The position numbers and the translations under genes were made by a program. From Octopus vulgaris (lineage: Eukaryota), in NCBI GenBank assembly GCA_951406725.2, contig OX597819.1, positions 110,422,001 to 110,486,000 of the forward strand: a stretch of 64,000 nt of DNA. The letters run 5' to 3'. The notes under the pieces were generated by a model. That model did not search any database. It had not been told where the DNA came from and saw nothing but the letters and a program-made list of their open reading frames with translations. Shown one piece after another: positions 1-14,298 of the stretch; position 1 is the stretch's first letter; each line of letters opens with the position of its first letter.

Positions 1-38
<38 letters not shown>

Positions 39-111
39 GAAGAAGAAGAAGAAGAAGAAGAAGAAGAAGAAGAAGAAGAAGAAAATGATGATGATGATGA
101 TGATGATGATG

Positions 112-149
<38 letters not shown>

Positions 150-210
150 GAAGAAGAAGAAGAAGAAGAAGAAGAAGAAGAAGAAGAAGAAGAAGAAGAA
201 GAAGAAGAAA

Positions 211-266
<56 letters not shown>

Positions 267-357
267 GAAGAAGAAGAAGAAGAAGAAGAAGAAGAAGAAG
301 AAAGAAGAAGAAGAAGAAGAAGAAGAAGAAGAAGAAGAAGAAGAAGAAGAAGAAGAA

Positions 358-389
<32 letters not shown>

Positions 390-393
390 AGAA
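1..393. repeat. Compound trinucleotide microsatellite, (ATG)n-(AAG)n-AAA block three times, then (GAA)n
   Basis: Read directly; accounts for the poly-M/K/E ORF 1..420. Confidence 0.95.
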
Positions 394-674
394 AAGCAAC
401 AGAGGATAATATTTCAGTGATTCATTTACACACGTTTTGCTCCGTCTCACCTTTCTTTTGACACATCTTACATCAATTTTTGGCTCGGTTCAAATTGGAT
501 ATATATATACAGGCGCACATTTAGACACACGCACGTACGCACACACACTGAATGAATGCGTATATATATATATGTATAAGTGCACGCACAGACACACTAA
601 CAAACACACACACGCGCGTACACATCACATATATGCACGTGGACACAAGACACGCACACACACTGAATGAATGC

Positions 675-715
<41 letters not shown>

Positions 716-1696
716 TGCACGCACAGACACACTAACAAACGCACACACACACATGTATGTACGCGGACACAGAATACGCACACATACATTGTCTACACAT
801 ATGCATGCTTATGTATCTATTGATGTTAGTCTTTCTCTCTCACCCCTCTCGCTCTCTCACACACACACACACGCACACGCATACACACTCGCACACACAA
901 GCAACGAAACTTGGCTTTGCCCAAATTTTGTATTGGTGTAAATACGACACATTATTGTGGAGATTTGATACAGAAATACACACACAAAGACACACACACA
1001 CACACACCACACAAACACACGCACACACACACACACACATACATACGCATGTATATATATATATATATATATATATACTCACACATATATAAACACACAC
1101 GTACATGTACACACAAACACAAACACAAACACAAATACATATGTATATATGTATATATATACATATATACAGACACATCTGATAGATTAGTTGAAAGCAA
1201 TAGAGTAGACCGTTTCCATGTATTGCCTATCATCTATGTTATTCACTAATTAACATAAAAACAATTATACTTTTATGACCTGGCATGAATTCAGACAAGT
1301 TTTGAGCGGTAAAGAAAATCGGCATTGTTTTAATTAAATAGCGATGGCGATATGTTTCTGGGGATAAAAGCTAAACAACACTCTGATCAGAACTGAATTC
1401 AATAAGAAGTTTCTTGAACGGTCGCCTCCAGAAATTTTAGCAATAAAACGTGCGTTTGTATTTTGTATGAGCTTATTCTTCTCTGAAAAACAGCCATCAA
1501 CTGATGAAAGGTCGTTTTTTATGTTGTTTGTTTTGTTTTCCATTTGTGTCTTTCGTTGTTCCCAAAAATAGTACATATTCCATGTAATCGTTCTTCGTAT
1601 TTTTTGTTGTACACGTTTCATGACGTCCTGTGTCCACATATGCATATACGTATAGATGTAAGTATGTATAGATGTAAGTATATATATATATATATT

Positions 1697-3021
1697 ATAT
1701 AAAATCCGTTCTGTCTGTCTGCGTGTGTTCCAGGATCTCGGGTATCCTCCATCCGATTGCGCTCAAATTTGATATGTAGATACCGACGGTATCAGGGCGT
1801 GTATAAGTCTTGAAAAAATTACAAAAATCGATTGTAGGTGAGAATGCGATCGATGAAGCTGTGGGAACGTGCATTTGTACGCGCAAGTACATCAGCTGTT
1901 GCGATCGATACTACGCGTAAGTGAGAAAAATACACGTGCAGTTTGCGCAAAAAAAAGCCGGCTGGCTTGAAATAATGATAAGGGACCAAAATAATAAGAG
2001 ACCAAAAAAGTAGGATGCAAAAGAGATATTTTCTTCAAACTTGGCATGAAAGAAGAAAAGACTATTTGGTTTCTCAAGAAGTTTTTATTTACCTTAACAA
2101 AACCAAATTTTTTTTTGAAATAAAAGCATGCTTAATTATTTTTTAATGAAAAAAAACAAAGAACAAATACTGATTGCTTTTTATTCAAGGAAGAAAATAC
2201 TATTTTCTTGCTAATAAATGATTTTTGTTGCCTTACAGCTTTAAACCAAAAAAAAGTGTGCTTTTTAATGAAAGAAAACCACTATTGTATTCAATCAAGA
2301 TTGTTTGAGCTTTATTTCAAGGTGAATGTAGTTAAAATACTTCAATTTTAGAAGTAAAAGACTATTTGGTTGCTTCTTAATCGTGCAATATTTGCATTTT
2401 CACAAATTTTTTTTCGTTGAAAACGTGATATTTTTGCATTTTTAATTATAATTGTGTTATTGTTTCAAAAGCATTGGTGCTTTTACGGCGAGAAGACAGT
2501 TATTTCTTTAAAGTTCAATTGCATAGAATTTACATTTAAAATATGTACACCTTGCCTTTTTGCGTTGACATTAAACTTGACAACCTTAAAGGGTACGTTT
2601 TCATAAATTCATCATGCTTTTCCATCTAGATTTACCTCCAGCTAACCCATTTGCATGCATCGTTTTTGTCCCGCTTATCATCCGTCAACCTGTAAATAAC
2701 TGCACCTTCCATTTTTTTGTTGTTTTTGTACTGCTTAAAGGCACGTTTCTTTCCTGCCAAGCTTACTGTTTAAACCATGTTTATGTTCTTCCAGTCAACA
2801 GCCTTATCATTACTGATACTTTAAACTCTTCGGTTGCATATTTGTGTGAATAAAATCGTTTTTCTTTGGAATAGAAAAAAGTCTATCTTTATTTCTTCTT
2901 TTGCTGGTGTCTGAAATTTAGGTTAAATCAGTGTTGGGAAGGTCGGACAAGTTGTTTTGAGAAAATTTGGTTTAAATGTTTGACAACTCAGCACCTTCAA
3001 TTGGACGGGGGCGTTTTGCTC

Positions 3022-3022
<1 letters not shown>
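1697..3022 (+). mobile_element. Probable non-autonomous Helitron-like element
   Basis: 5' TATATAAAA...TCTGTCTGTC...CCGATTGCGCTCAAATTTG motif typical of non-autonomous Helitrons; GC-rich 3' segment ending CTCG/T; no TIR or TSD; boundaries approximate. Confidence 0.45.
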
Positions 3023-3053
<31 letters not shown>

Positions 3054-3657
3054 GACGGCTTTCTTTCAGTTTCCCCTACCAATACCACTCACAAGACTTT
3101 GGTCGGCCCGAGGCTATAATAGAAGACACTTGCCCAAGGTGCCACGCAACGGGACTGAAACCGCAACTATGTGGTTGGGAAACAGGCTTCTTACCACACA
3201 GCCACGCCTATATATGTAGCAATAGATATGTACGTATGGATACTGATTTTCTTCAAGGATCAACCTCTAAACACAAATCGTGAGGAATTTAATGACCAAC
3301 ATTGCATCAACTTATGTCAGTGTTGTATTTAAGGTTGATGTGATTATAAATCTGTAACATTTTCCAGCATTTAATACAAAAGACTGTTGCAACACTGTTT
3401 CGATCTCGTTCACTGATCTTTGCCATTTCATCTCCCTTCTTCTCTATGTGTCTCTCTTCATGTGTATCTCTCATTGTCTCGCTCTCCTTCGCTTTCTCGC
3501 TCTCCCAATCTTTCTCCTACGCCCCTTTATTGCTCTTTTACTCTATTCCATTATTCCATAGACAAAGAGTGAAAGAAAGATTAAACATTAGGCGCAGGCG
3601 TGGCTGTGTGGTAAGAAACTTTCTTTCCGACAACATGGTTCCGGTTTCAGTGCCACT

Positions 3658-4338
3658 GAAATAAAATAATTACCCATGTACTGATCATTTTATTTCGTAT
3701 ATTTTCATTTGTTTATTGCTTTGTTTTTGTGCTGAGTTTGATTTGAGAACATAATCTTTTTTGTGGAGAATGGCGATTTGACGTCTATATCTAGCATGTT
3801 AACTGTCCACTTTTCGTGTTCAGTCCTTAATTGGTATATATAAATATTTTAATCTTCGGATTCTTTTTAATATGCTAGATCACTGGTTTTAATTGACTAA
3901 TATCAATTTCTACCCTTAATTAATTTTATATAAAATAAATATGTTCTCTATCCGGTGAATTGACTGCTGCTAATTATTAGCTGCAGGCTGATTTTTCGGG
4001 TCCCAGCGCGCCAAAGTAGTGGCATTTGAGAAATACATTCGAATATAATCGGTCGAACTCCATGCACGCGGCACTCCGGTATCGTTTTTGCATCTAGTTC
4101 AGCAAATTGTATTCATAACAGACCATGGTGATGAATGTTACAGTTATCCTTGCGGATAATAATAACCGAAACTGATCAGTACATGGGTAATTATTTTATT
4201 TCGTATATTTTCATTTGTTTATTGCTTTGGTTTTGTGCTGAGTTTGATTTGAGAACATAATCTTTTTTGTGGAGAATGGCGATTTGACGTCTATATCTAG
4301 CATGTTGACTGTCCACTTTTCGTGTTCAGTCCTTAATT

Positions 4339-4346
<8 letters not shown>
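3658..4346 (+). mobile_element. Non-coding Penelope/retrozyme-like element: 506-bp unit, ~155-bp direct terminal redundancy, 30-bp inverted 5' tip
   Basis: 3687-3840 repeated at 4193-4346; 3658-3687 is the reverse complement of 4173-4202; HHR inside; 3' end abuts (TA)n. Confidence 0.75.
4123..4186 (+). ncRNA. Minimal type I hammerhead ribozyme with C3G core substitution
   Basis: CCATG-GTGATGA-[stem II with TTATCC ttgc GGATAA]-GAAA-CTGATCAG (palindrome)-TA-CATGG. Confidence 0.7.
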
Positions 4347-4414
<68 letters not shown>

Positions 4415-4884
4415 ATTTCTGAAAGTTATTATTTAGCCAACGAGATATAAAGATAGTTAATTTGCTATAGCGTTCGTTTAAGATTGTTTGTTTGTATTTT
4501 TGAAATTAGCTATTTCATCTTTAAATATGAAAACTTAATTTATTAGGTCTTTATTATATATGCATATATATTTATTTATAGAGATTATTTTAGATCTTAA
4601 TTATAATATTTATATACATTTATATATTTTCATTGATAATTTATATATTATTTAAATTTTATATTTCTAATAATATAATAGTCTTTTTTGTAAAATATTT
4701 ATGTAATTAGATATTGACTATTACTGATATTAGATTATTGGTGGGTTTCTTACCTTAAAAATTAATACTTAAAAATTAACTTTAATATTTAACATTATAA
4801 TCGATGTTTTGATATAATCATAATCGTTAAGTTTCTAGTTTGATAATAGAGTTTTTTATAAGTAAAAATTTTATATTATTTATT

Positions 4885-5094
4885 TTACTCTTTTACATGT
4901 TTCAGTCATTTGACTGCGGCCATGCTGGAGCACCGCCTTTAGTCGAGCGAATCGACCCCGGGACTTATTCTTTGTAAGCCCAGTACTTATTCTATCGGTC
5001 TCTTTTGCCGAACCGCTAAGTGACGGGGACGTAAACACACCAGCATCGGTTGTCAAGCAATGCTAGAGGGACAAACACAGACACACAAACATAT

Positions 5095-5125
<31 letters not shown>

Positions 5126-5287
5126 CATATATACGACGGGCTTCTTTCAGTTTCCGTCTACCAAATCCACTCACAAGACTTTGGTCGGCCCGGGGCTATA
5201 GCAGAAGACACTTGCCCAAGATGCCACGCAGTGGACTGAACCCGGAACCATGTGGTTGGTTAGCAAGCTACTTACCACACAGCCACT
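4885..5287 (-). mobile_element. tRNA-derived SINE family A (CORE-like, internal (TA)n/(TG)n), near full length
   Basis: Pol III A/B-box-like head, CTTGGGCAAGT motif, tail GGTGCTCCAGCATGGCCGCAGTCAAATGACTGAAAC; many copies in window. Confidence 0.85.
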
Positions 5288-5383
5288 TTTATATTTTTTT
5301 AAATTAATCATATTTCTATGTATTGGCTTATGATTTTCACTGTTTGATTTGCCTAATAGTGGTTTTATCTCTAATTTAATATA

Positions 5384-5431
<48 letters not shown>

Positions 5432-5929
5432 TGGATAGATAGATAGATAGATAGATAGAGAGATAGATAGATGTATATGTTCGTGTGTCTGTGTCTGTCC
5501 CCTCACTATCACTTGACAACCGATGTTGGTGTGTTTACGTCCCCATAACTTAGTGGTTCGGCAAAAGATACTGAACGAATAAGTACTAAGCTTACAAAGA
5601 ATAAGTCCTGGGGCCGATTCCTTCAACTTAAGTAAACGAATTTAAAAAACTGGTGAAGGTAAAATAAAAAAGAGTTTGATGTCGCACAAACATACCACCG
5701 CCATCATATCCCGTTACTCGCTTTCCCCTCTTTTTTCTTTCTGTCATTCAATCTATGTATGTATGTATGTATGTATGTATGTATGTATGTATGTATGTAT
5801 GTATGTATGTATGTATGTATTTATGTATGTATTTATGTATGTATGTATGTATGTATGTATGTATGTATGTATGTATGTATTTATGTATGTATGTATGTAT
5901 GTATGTATGTATGTATGTATGTATGCATG

Positions 5930-6140
5930 CGAGAGTGGGAGCGCAAATTTTCTGACTTTAAAGGTACTGTGAAAAGCCTGGCTGGAGGTGTAAGCTTCCG
6001 AGTTCTTTTATATGGCTTAGAAAAACTGAAGGGTCGCTGCAATAAGTGTGTAAATTTGAGAGAGGAATATGTTGAATAAAATCATAATTAACTGATCTTC
6101 CTGTATTTTGTTTTTACCCCAATCCAGAACTTTTGGCAAC
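5930..6140 (+). mobile_element. Internally deleted mariner remnant (transposase C-terminus)
   Basis: GLEKLKGRCNKCVNLREEYVE* resembles the mariner transposase C-terminus; decayed TIR-like ends. Confidence 0.6.
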
Positions 6141-6309
6141 TTGTACTTTTACGTTATCTTATTAATTTAATACAGCTTGTCTACTTGTTGCTCAATTATT
6201 TATTCATGCTCCAACATGACCACAGCTCTGAGCTGAAACTACAAAAAAAAAAAAAAAAGAAATGAAACATACAAACATTAATTGTGTATTTTTTATTTCA
6301 GTTTTGATA

Positions 6310-7110
6310 ATGAGTGTTGAAAAATTGCGATTAGAGCCATTTTACGCTACCTGTGAGAAAAAGAACTAAGTGCAAAGGCAGTGGCAAAAGAAATTAATGA
6401 TGTGGGAGAATTGTCAACGAACGTATGGCACGAAACTCAGACGCTTCAAGGAAGATGACATCGGCCTCGAAGACAAACAAAGGTTAGGAGGCCCTCTCTT
6501 GTGGAAGATGGGATCTTGCTTGAAATGGTTGAACAACAGCCAAGTATCTGTTTCTTTATTACCCACAAGGGGCTAAACATAGAGGGGACAAACAAGGACA
6601 GACAAACGAATTAAGTCGACAACATCGACCCCAGTGCGTAACTGGTACTTAATTTTTCGACCCCGAAAGGATGAACGGTAAAGTCGACTTCGGCGGAATT
6701 TGGACTCAGAACTCAGAACGGCAGACGAAATACGGCTACGCATTTAGCCCGGCGTGCTAACGGTTCTGCCAGCTCGCCGCCAAGCGCTCGTACAATGTCG
6801 GCAGAACTTGGTCCTTCACACAGCACCATCACTCACACCTTCATAAAATCGACCTTGTGAAGAGACGCTGTTGTGAAGCTCCTCTTGCAGTGACCAATGA
6901 CTGGGGTAAATGACATGTGAACATACGCAGACAACTGTAGGCAAATCCTCGAAATGGCCGTCGAATTGTGACTTGGGAGGAAAATTGATCTATTATCGTA
7001 ATCCTAATAAGAGAAATCAGTGGCTTCATTCGGGCCAAGCTTTAAAACTTATTGTTAAACAAGGGCAGTTCGAACAGAAGGTCTTGCTATGTGTCTGGTG
7101 GAACTTGAAA
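6310..7110 (+). pseudogene. Degraded mariner transposase, interrupted by a SINE
   Basis: RFKEDDIGLEDK, RIVT..IYYRNP..QWL and KVLLCVWWN motifs across frameshifts. Confidence 0.7.
6548..6780 (-). mobile_element. tRNA-derived SINE family B (Meta-domain-like), inserted in the mariner remnant
   Basis: Head GGCGGCGAGCTGGCAG, B-box-like GAGTCCAAATTCC, central CATCCTTTCGGGGTCGA..AAGTACCAG, tail ..AATAAAGAAA. Confidence 0.85.
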
Positions 7111-7401
7111 AAAATGTCGATGAGGGGTTCACCGAAATGGTAAGTGTTCTCAGTCTTAAAAAAAATCTCTGTTGCTTTTGAGCGTGCGCTTTATGTTCTG
7201 AGTTCAAATCCAGCCGAGGTCAACTTATCCCTCATGGTTGATAAAATAATGTACCACTCAAATAGTGGGGTCGAAGTTATCGACTGATCTCCTCCCTTAT
7301 TAAAATTACTGGTCTTGTACCTAAATTAGAAACTATTCTTATTTATATTATCATCATCTCTTGAAGCGCTGTATCATCTGATATATATATATATATATAT
7401 A

Positions 7402-7590
7402 AGATGCCATGATAGATCGTTAGCCACTACACACATTTTTCTCTCCTTGTTTTTTCTGTGTCCCTTTCTGTAGAAGAGCATAGGCACGAAACGAAAAAGA
7501 CTTTTTCTACTCCTGAGCGTTATACTAATACATCTGTTTGTTTTGTACACCACCTGTCTTCGTCTTTTGTCTTTTTTTTTCGTAAACTCT

Positions 7591-7593
<3 letters not shown>
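7402..7593 (+). mobile_element. Solo Penelope pseudo-LTR remnant related to the 38.4-43.6 kb element, with decayed HHR at 7464-7500
   Basis: Colinear similarity to the reverse complement of 38413-38630; CTGTAGAAGAGCATAGGCACGAAACG; flanked by (TA)n. Confidence 0.75.
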
Positions 7594-7669
<76 letters not shown>

Positions 7670-8257
7670 AGCTTGCTATTTCGAGTTATGACTGCGTTAT
7701 TCATGAAAATGCTGCTTGTTCACAGTACCTAGTTTATCCTCTTTTTTTGCATAATCAGGTTGGGTGGGTGTATGCGTATGTGAGTATCTTTGCGCATGCC
7801 TGCATTCGTGCACGTTTGTGCGTGTCCGTGTCTGTATATGTATTAGTGTGCGTGTGTCCCCGTGTATAACTGTATGTGTGTGTGATATGTCTAAGTATAT
7901 CACATTTACTAGTATATTTCTATATATGTCAGAGGTGCCTGTACATGCATGAAGGTATCTGCGTGTTTTTGTGAAATTTGTGCGAATGTGTGGAATGTGA
8001 ATGCGAATAGAGAGAGAGGGAGAGAGAGAGGGAGAGAGGGAGAGAGAGAGTATGTGTGTGTATGTGTGTGTGCGTGCGTGAGTGTGTGTGTGTGTCTGTG
8101 TATATGTGTTTCATGCCTAATAGTGCATTTTGATTTGTCTGCGTGCGAGCGATTCCTGAAAAATTGCATTATCATATACAGACGTATGTGCGTCTTCGTA
8201 GGCGTGTTAAAGATATGTTATTATAAAGAGGGAGCCGTTAAGCACAGAAAGACAGAA

Positions 8258-8290
<33 letters not shown>

Positions 8291-8864
8291 AAAGGAGAGT
8301 GATAGAGGAGAGAAGAAGGACAGAAGAAAGAGGGGGTATAACTAGAGGATTTTTTTGCCATCCTTGTATATATTGTATATATTAAATCTATGTTTGTTTC
8401 AAAAAATGTAAAGTAGGCCTATATTCTCTACTTCGCTTATTCAAGCGATCCAGGCATAGATTCCGTTCGGGAAACATTGCTAAAATAATCTCAGGCTACA
8501 CTACAAACGACAATTACGAGAGATGTAAACTAAAACAACAAAATATTTCTATTGATACATCGGATGTGACACAGCCATCAGACACTTGTATATATGTGCG
8601 TCTCGTCCGTGCTTGTATATCTGACCGAACTTTATGTATGTATGTGCGTATATATGTATGCATGTGCGTATATATGTATATATGTACACATACACATATA
8701 CATATATATGCACATATATATATATATAGATATAAATATTGATATATATGTGTATGTATAATATATGTAAAGACATGCACATACACACACACACACATAT
8801 ATATATATAAGTACATGTTTATATATATATATATACATACATACACACATATATACATATATAT

Positions 8865-8920
<56 letters not shown>

Positions 8921-9526
8921 CTAATTTATACATGTATTTACGATTGTATGAATGTTTGTGTGTGTGCACATCTATGAGTGTGTGTATGTGTCTGAATGCC
9001 TTCTGTATGTAGATATATTATTTTTCCTCTATGCGGCTATGAATAACATTTATAAAAGAATCGATGGTTGTGCATAAGTTTATGTATGTGGATACTTTCT
9101 CTTATTGTTAGTGTATCTTTGGTATTATACATATGTTCATATATTCATAAACAACGCATTAACACACATACACTCACTATATATACAGGTTTGTGCACAC
9201 GTTCATGACCCAGGGATATTTCTACATGTTTACTCATATATTCAATTTTATTCATACAAATGAGTGCCAACATATCGGTAAAAATGAATGTGCGCGTGAA
9301 TTTATATACGTATGCTTGTGCCCGTTATATATTTGTGTGTGTATGTGCATCTGTATGTACATATATGTATTCACGCACACACATACATACATACATACAT
9401 ATATATGTATATATGTATATATAAGTATATATGTATATATAAGTATATGTGTATATACATATATATATACATATACATACATATATATATATACTTATAT
9501 AAACATATTTATATATTCACATATAT

Positions 9527-9612
<86 letters not shown>

Positions 9613-9761
9613 ATATATATATATATATATATATACATACACACACACACACATATACATATATACACATATTTATGTATTTACACGCATACACATATAA
9701 GTGCGTGTCTATGTGCGTTTCTTGTTTTCTCTATGTGTTAGTGTGTGTGAGTGTGTGTGTA

Positions 9762-9793
<32 letters not shown>

Positions 9794-9860
9794 ATCTATG
9801 TATATATGCATACATATATATATATATGTATTTATGTATATGTAGATGTCTATATATACG

Positions 9861-9896
<36 letters not shown>

Positions 9897-10609
9897 TATG
9901 TATATGTGTCTGTGTGTGTGTGGCTTTCAGTAAATGTGAAGGTGTGTAAAATCTAAACTTTCATAAACATTTCAATTGATTCTAAAATTTTCTTCCCTTT
10001 TTTTTTCCATTTTCCCTCTTTCTTTCTTTATTTCCTTTTCTAGTCAACTGCTTCGATTTATCCAAGTGGAATATAATTTTCTCCGTCCGGAGGGCACCTT
10101 TTCACTGATGTTGGATGTTGATATCAAAAGGGAGACTTTACAGAAGGAAAAGAATGAGATAATGGGTGATTAAGTGAATGAAGGTGTGAACATGTAAACG
10201 AATGAGCGGATGAACAAATAATCGATTATGGGAGATACGACCAAGCGGTATGTGTAATTGTCACAACAAAAATATGACCGAGCTCTATGTATAATTGCTA
10301 CAACACAAACAAATATAGGCCATTAACTAATACAAACAACTTATGAAGATCTAAGACATGACAGTAGACAGTGCAATTAAAGAAACTTGGGAAGTGTATT
10401 AAGGCCATGCGGAACGAAAGTACGTACGTTGAAGATAAAGTGTGGTAGGGTGACTTAGAGTGACTTGGTACATGTTTGAGTATTCCCTGGCATTATTGCA
10501 AACGTGCTGTTATTTTTAACGGAAACTATCTCCTAATAGATAATCTGTTCTACGGAAGTATAGTGCAGAGCAGAGGTTGAAGGCTCAGCAATGTATTAGG
10601 TTAGAAGAA

Positions 10610-11235
10610 GGTGGCGAGCTGGCAGGCCGGGCAAAATGCTTAGCGGCATTTCGTCTGTCTGCATGTTCTGAGTTCAAATTCCGCCGAGGGCGACTTTGCC
10701 TTTCATCCTTTCGGGGTTGATAAATTAAGTACCAGTTGCGTATTGAGGTCGATCTAATCGACTGGCCCCCTCCTCAGATAATTTCGAGCCTTGTGCCTAG
10801 AGTAGAAAAGTATACATTTGCTTAGAAAAAGGCGGCGAGCTGGCAGAATCGTTAAGCAGGCCGGACAAAATTCTTAGTGACATTTCGTCTGTTTACACGT
10901 TCCGAGTTCAAATTCCGCTGAGGTCGACTTTGCCTTTCATCCTTTAAGGGTCGATAAAATAAATAGCAGTTGAACACTGAGGTCGATGTAACCGACTTAG
11001 CCCCTTCTCCGAAACTGCTGGCCTTGTGCCAAAATTTGAAACTAATGTATTAGGTTAGAAGGGCAGCGAGCGGCATTTTGTCTGTCTTTACGTTTTGAGT
11101 TCAAATTCCGCCGAGGTCGACGTTACCTTTCACCCTTTCGTGGTGGATAAAGTAACTATCGGTTGAGTAATGGGGTCGATGTAATCGATTTTCCCCTCCA
11201 TCGAAATTGCTGGCCTTGTACTAAAATTTAAAATC
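10610..11235 (+). mobile_element. Tandem array of three family B SINEs
   Basis: Three successive heads and GAGTTCAAATTCCGC..GAGG.CGAC cores. Confidence 0.8.
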
Positions 11236-11777
11236 AATATATCAGGTTATAAGAGACGCAGTTAAAGTGATCCATCACATTCGCCCTAAACAAGGAGCTT
11301 AATCGTAGCTGTTTTGCGAACAAAGTAGCAAATAAGGCAACAATGTCGGGAACACTCGATAAAGCTGGGATGGGCGTACCACATTTGCCTTGTTATTTCC
11401 CTTCTAATCTGGTCTTCATCATCCTCTTTAGAATTCATTATTCATGTCTCTTGCTACAAATTTTTACCTCTCTTCTCCTTTACCATACTTTCGTCGCTCA
11501 TTGTAAAGCTCCCACACTGTTTACACCCCCGCCTTCCACTATAGACATTATTTATTTCTGTTTCTAACAGGTCGCGTGACCAAGTAGACGCTCATTTGTC
11601 TCAATGGAAACCATGTAGCAATAAAAGTAAAAACCAGGAATGTCCATATAGCAGCGAACCAGCAATGTCTGCGTAAATCGTAATCGTACTTGAATAATAA
11701 GACTAGTTGGCATTTTTCATTGAAGAGCATTACATGGATTGAAATACATTGGCGAAGTGATAAACTCGATAAAATAT

Positions 11778-11870
<93 letters not shown>

Positions 11871-11904
11871 GATCGATCGATCGATCGATCTAATCTATCT
11901 GTCT

Positions 11905-12208
<304 letters not shown>

Positions 12209-12386
12209 GTCTGTCTGTCTGTCTGTCTACACAAACACACACACGCACTCATAGACGTTGCTACCAGTCACCTGATTGCTCAACTTTAGTTTCTTTCTGT
12301 CTCGTATCAAGGTGACATATAAACATCTCTCTATATATAGGTGTGTGTGTGTGTATGTATGTATGTGTGTGTGTGTTTGTGTGTGT

Positions 12387-12446
<60 letters not shown>

Positions 12447-13539
12447 CCCAGATGCATGACAAAAATAAGCTAAGGCTGAGCAATCAGGTGACTATTAATG
12501 AAGTCTGCACTGCTGGCTGAGATATTTTGCCTAATTGAATTTTTTTTTTTCTTATCAAGGTGAGATGGTCCAGATTCTTTCAAACATCAACATAACTTCA
12601 TGAGTGATGAAATTGCAATAGCTAACGATTTTGATAACGTAATATCAAAATGGTGTCCAATGGTGTCGAATTGGTAAAATCATTTAAGTGTTGAGTAGAA
12701 TGCTACGCAGTACTTATTGTGACTCTGCGCTCTTAGCACAAATCCTGCTTTGGTCAACGGTGACTGTAGCCCTTACAGAATTAATAAAAATTTTTACCAG
12801 GCCAGGACGGCAGATTGGCGGAAACTGTTAGAAGTTCGGGTAAGCTGCTGAAATGTATCTGTCCCGATTCTTTGCGTTCTGAAAGCAACTTCTGCGACGA
12901 TGCTGGTCCTGAGTTGTGTCGGTCCAAAGGCGACGAACTTTACTTGAATAACATCGGTGTTAGGGAGAGGAAGGGATGTGCATGTATGGGCAAGTGCTAG
13001 TTTTCCTCAAAAGCTTTGCCAAAGTTTGCACACATAAATGTAGATGAATAATAAATCCTAACTGGCGGAGTCACTAGGATTGAATAAAATGCAAATCAAA
13101 GACGGAGACCAAGTAAACAGGTGGTCAACTGTGGTTAATTACACCAAGCGTGCAGCGGGGTTGGTGGGATCTCCTTGATGTTATTCTTCGGAATATTTCT
13201 ATCAAATAGGCGCAGGAGTGGCTGTGTGGTAAGTAGCTTGCTTACCAACAACATGGTTCTGGGTTCAGTCCCACTGCGTGGCACCTTGGGCAAGTGTCTT
13301 TTACTATAGCCTCGGGCTGACCAAAGCATTGTGAGTGGATTTGGTAGACGGAAACTGAAAGAAGCCCGTCGTATATATGTATATCGAGATTAAACAGCCG
13401 AAATTACTAAGATGATCCGGTTCCCGACTGAAGATTAGAGGCTTCGAGTGACCCGTCTGTTTTTTTTGTGTCGTCTCTTTGTGTGTTTTTGCGTTCTTGT
13501 CCCACTTTGTAATTTATATTTTATATTTAATTTCTATAC

Positions 13540-13605
<66 letters not shown>

Positions 13606-13622
13606 ATATGTATATGTATATA

Positions 13623-13675
<53 letters not shown>

Positions 13676-13679
<4 letters not shown>

Positions 13680-14298
13680 TAAGTAATTAAGGGTTTAGCA
13701 ACGATTTGCCTCACCACGCACCGAATTTAGAAATAGCAGTCAAAGAGTTATGACTATTCTTTCTACTTAAAAGAGAGATCTCAGTAAAACCACAGCACTT
13801 AAAAGGCAAACAACGCAGGTGAAAGAGAAAGAAATGACGACAATCATTCTATATTAAGTCACCTACGGACGTACGTTTCGAAATTAAGTCATAGGAAAGC
13901 ATAAAAATTAAATAATTATGTCTTACCCGACTACTTTTCTCCTCAGCGTAGGACTCTACAATCATAAATGATTGTGTATTTAAATTTGGAGGCACTAGAA
14001 GGCATCACCTCAACTCATGGTATCAGAGCGAGCGTAAGCCGTGACCATTTCTTTCTCTTTCACCTGCGTTGTTTGCCTTTTAAGTGCTGTGGTTTTACTG
14101 AGATCTCTCTTTTAAGTAGAAAGAATAGCCATAACTCTTTGACTGCTATTTCTAAATTCGGTGTGTGGTGAGGCAAATCGTTGCTAAACCCTTAATTACT
14201 TAGTATTACTTAAGCCTTCCTCGAATGGAGCTTTTACATGCCGATATCTACTTGGTGAAATTAATGATTACTCCAAATTAATTGATTTCACCCTATAT

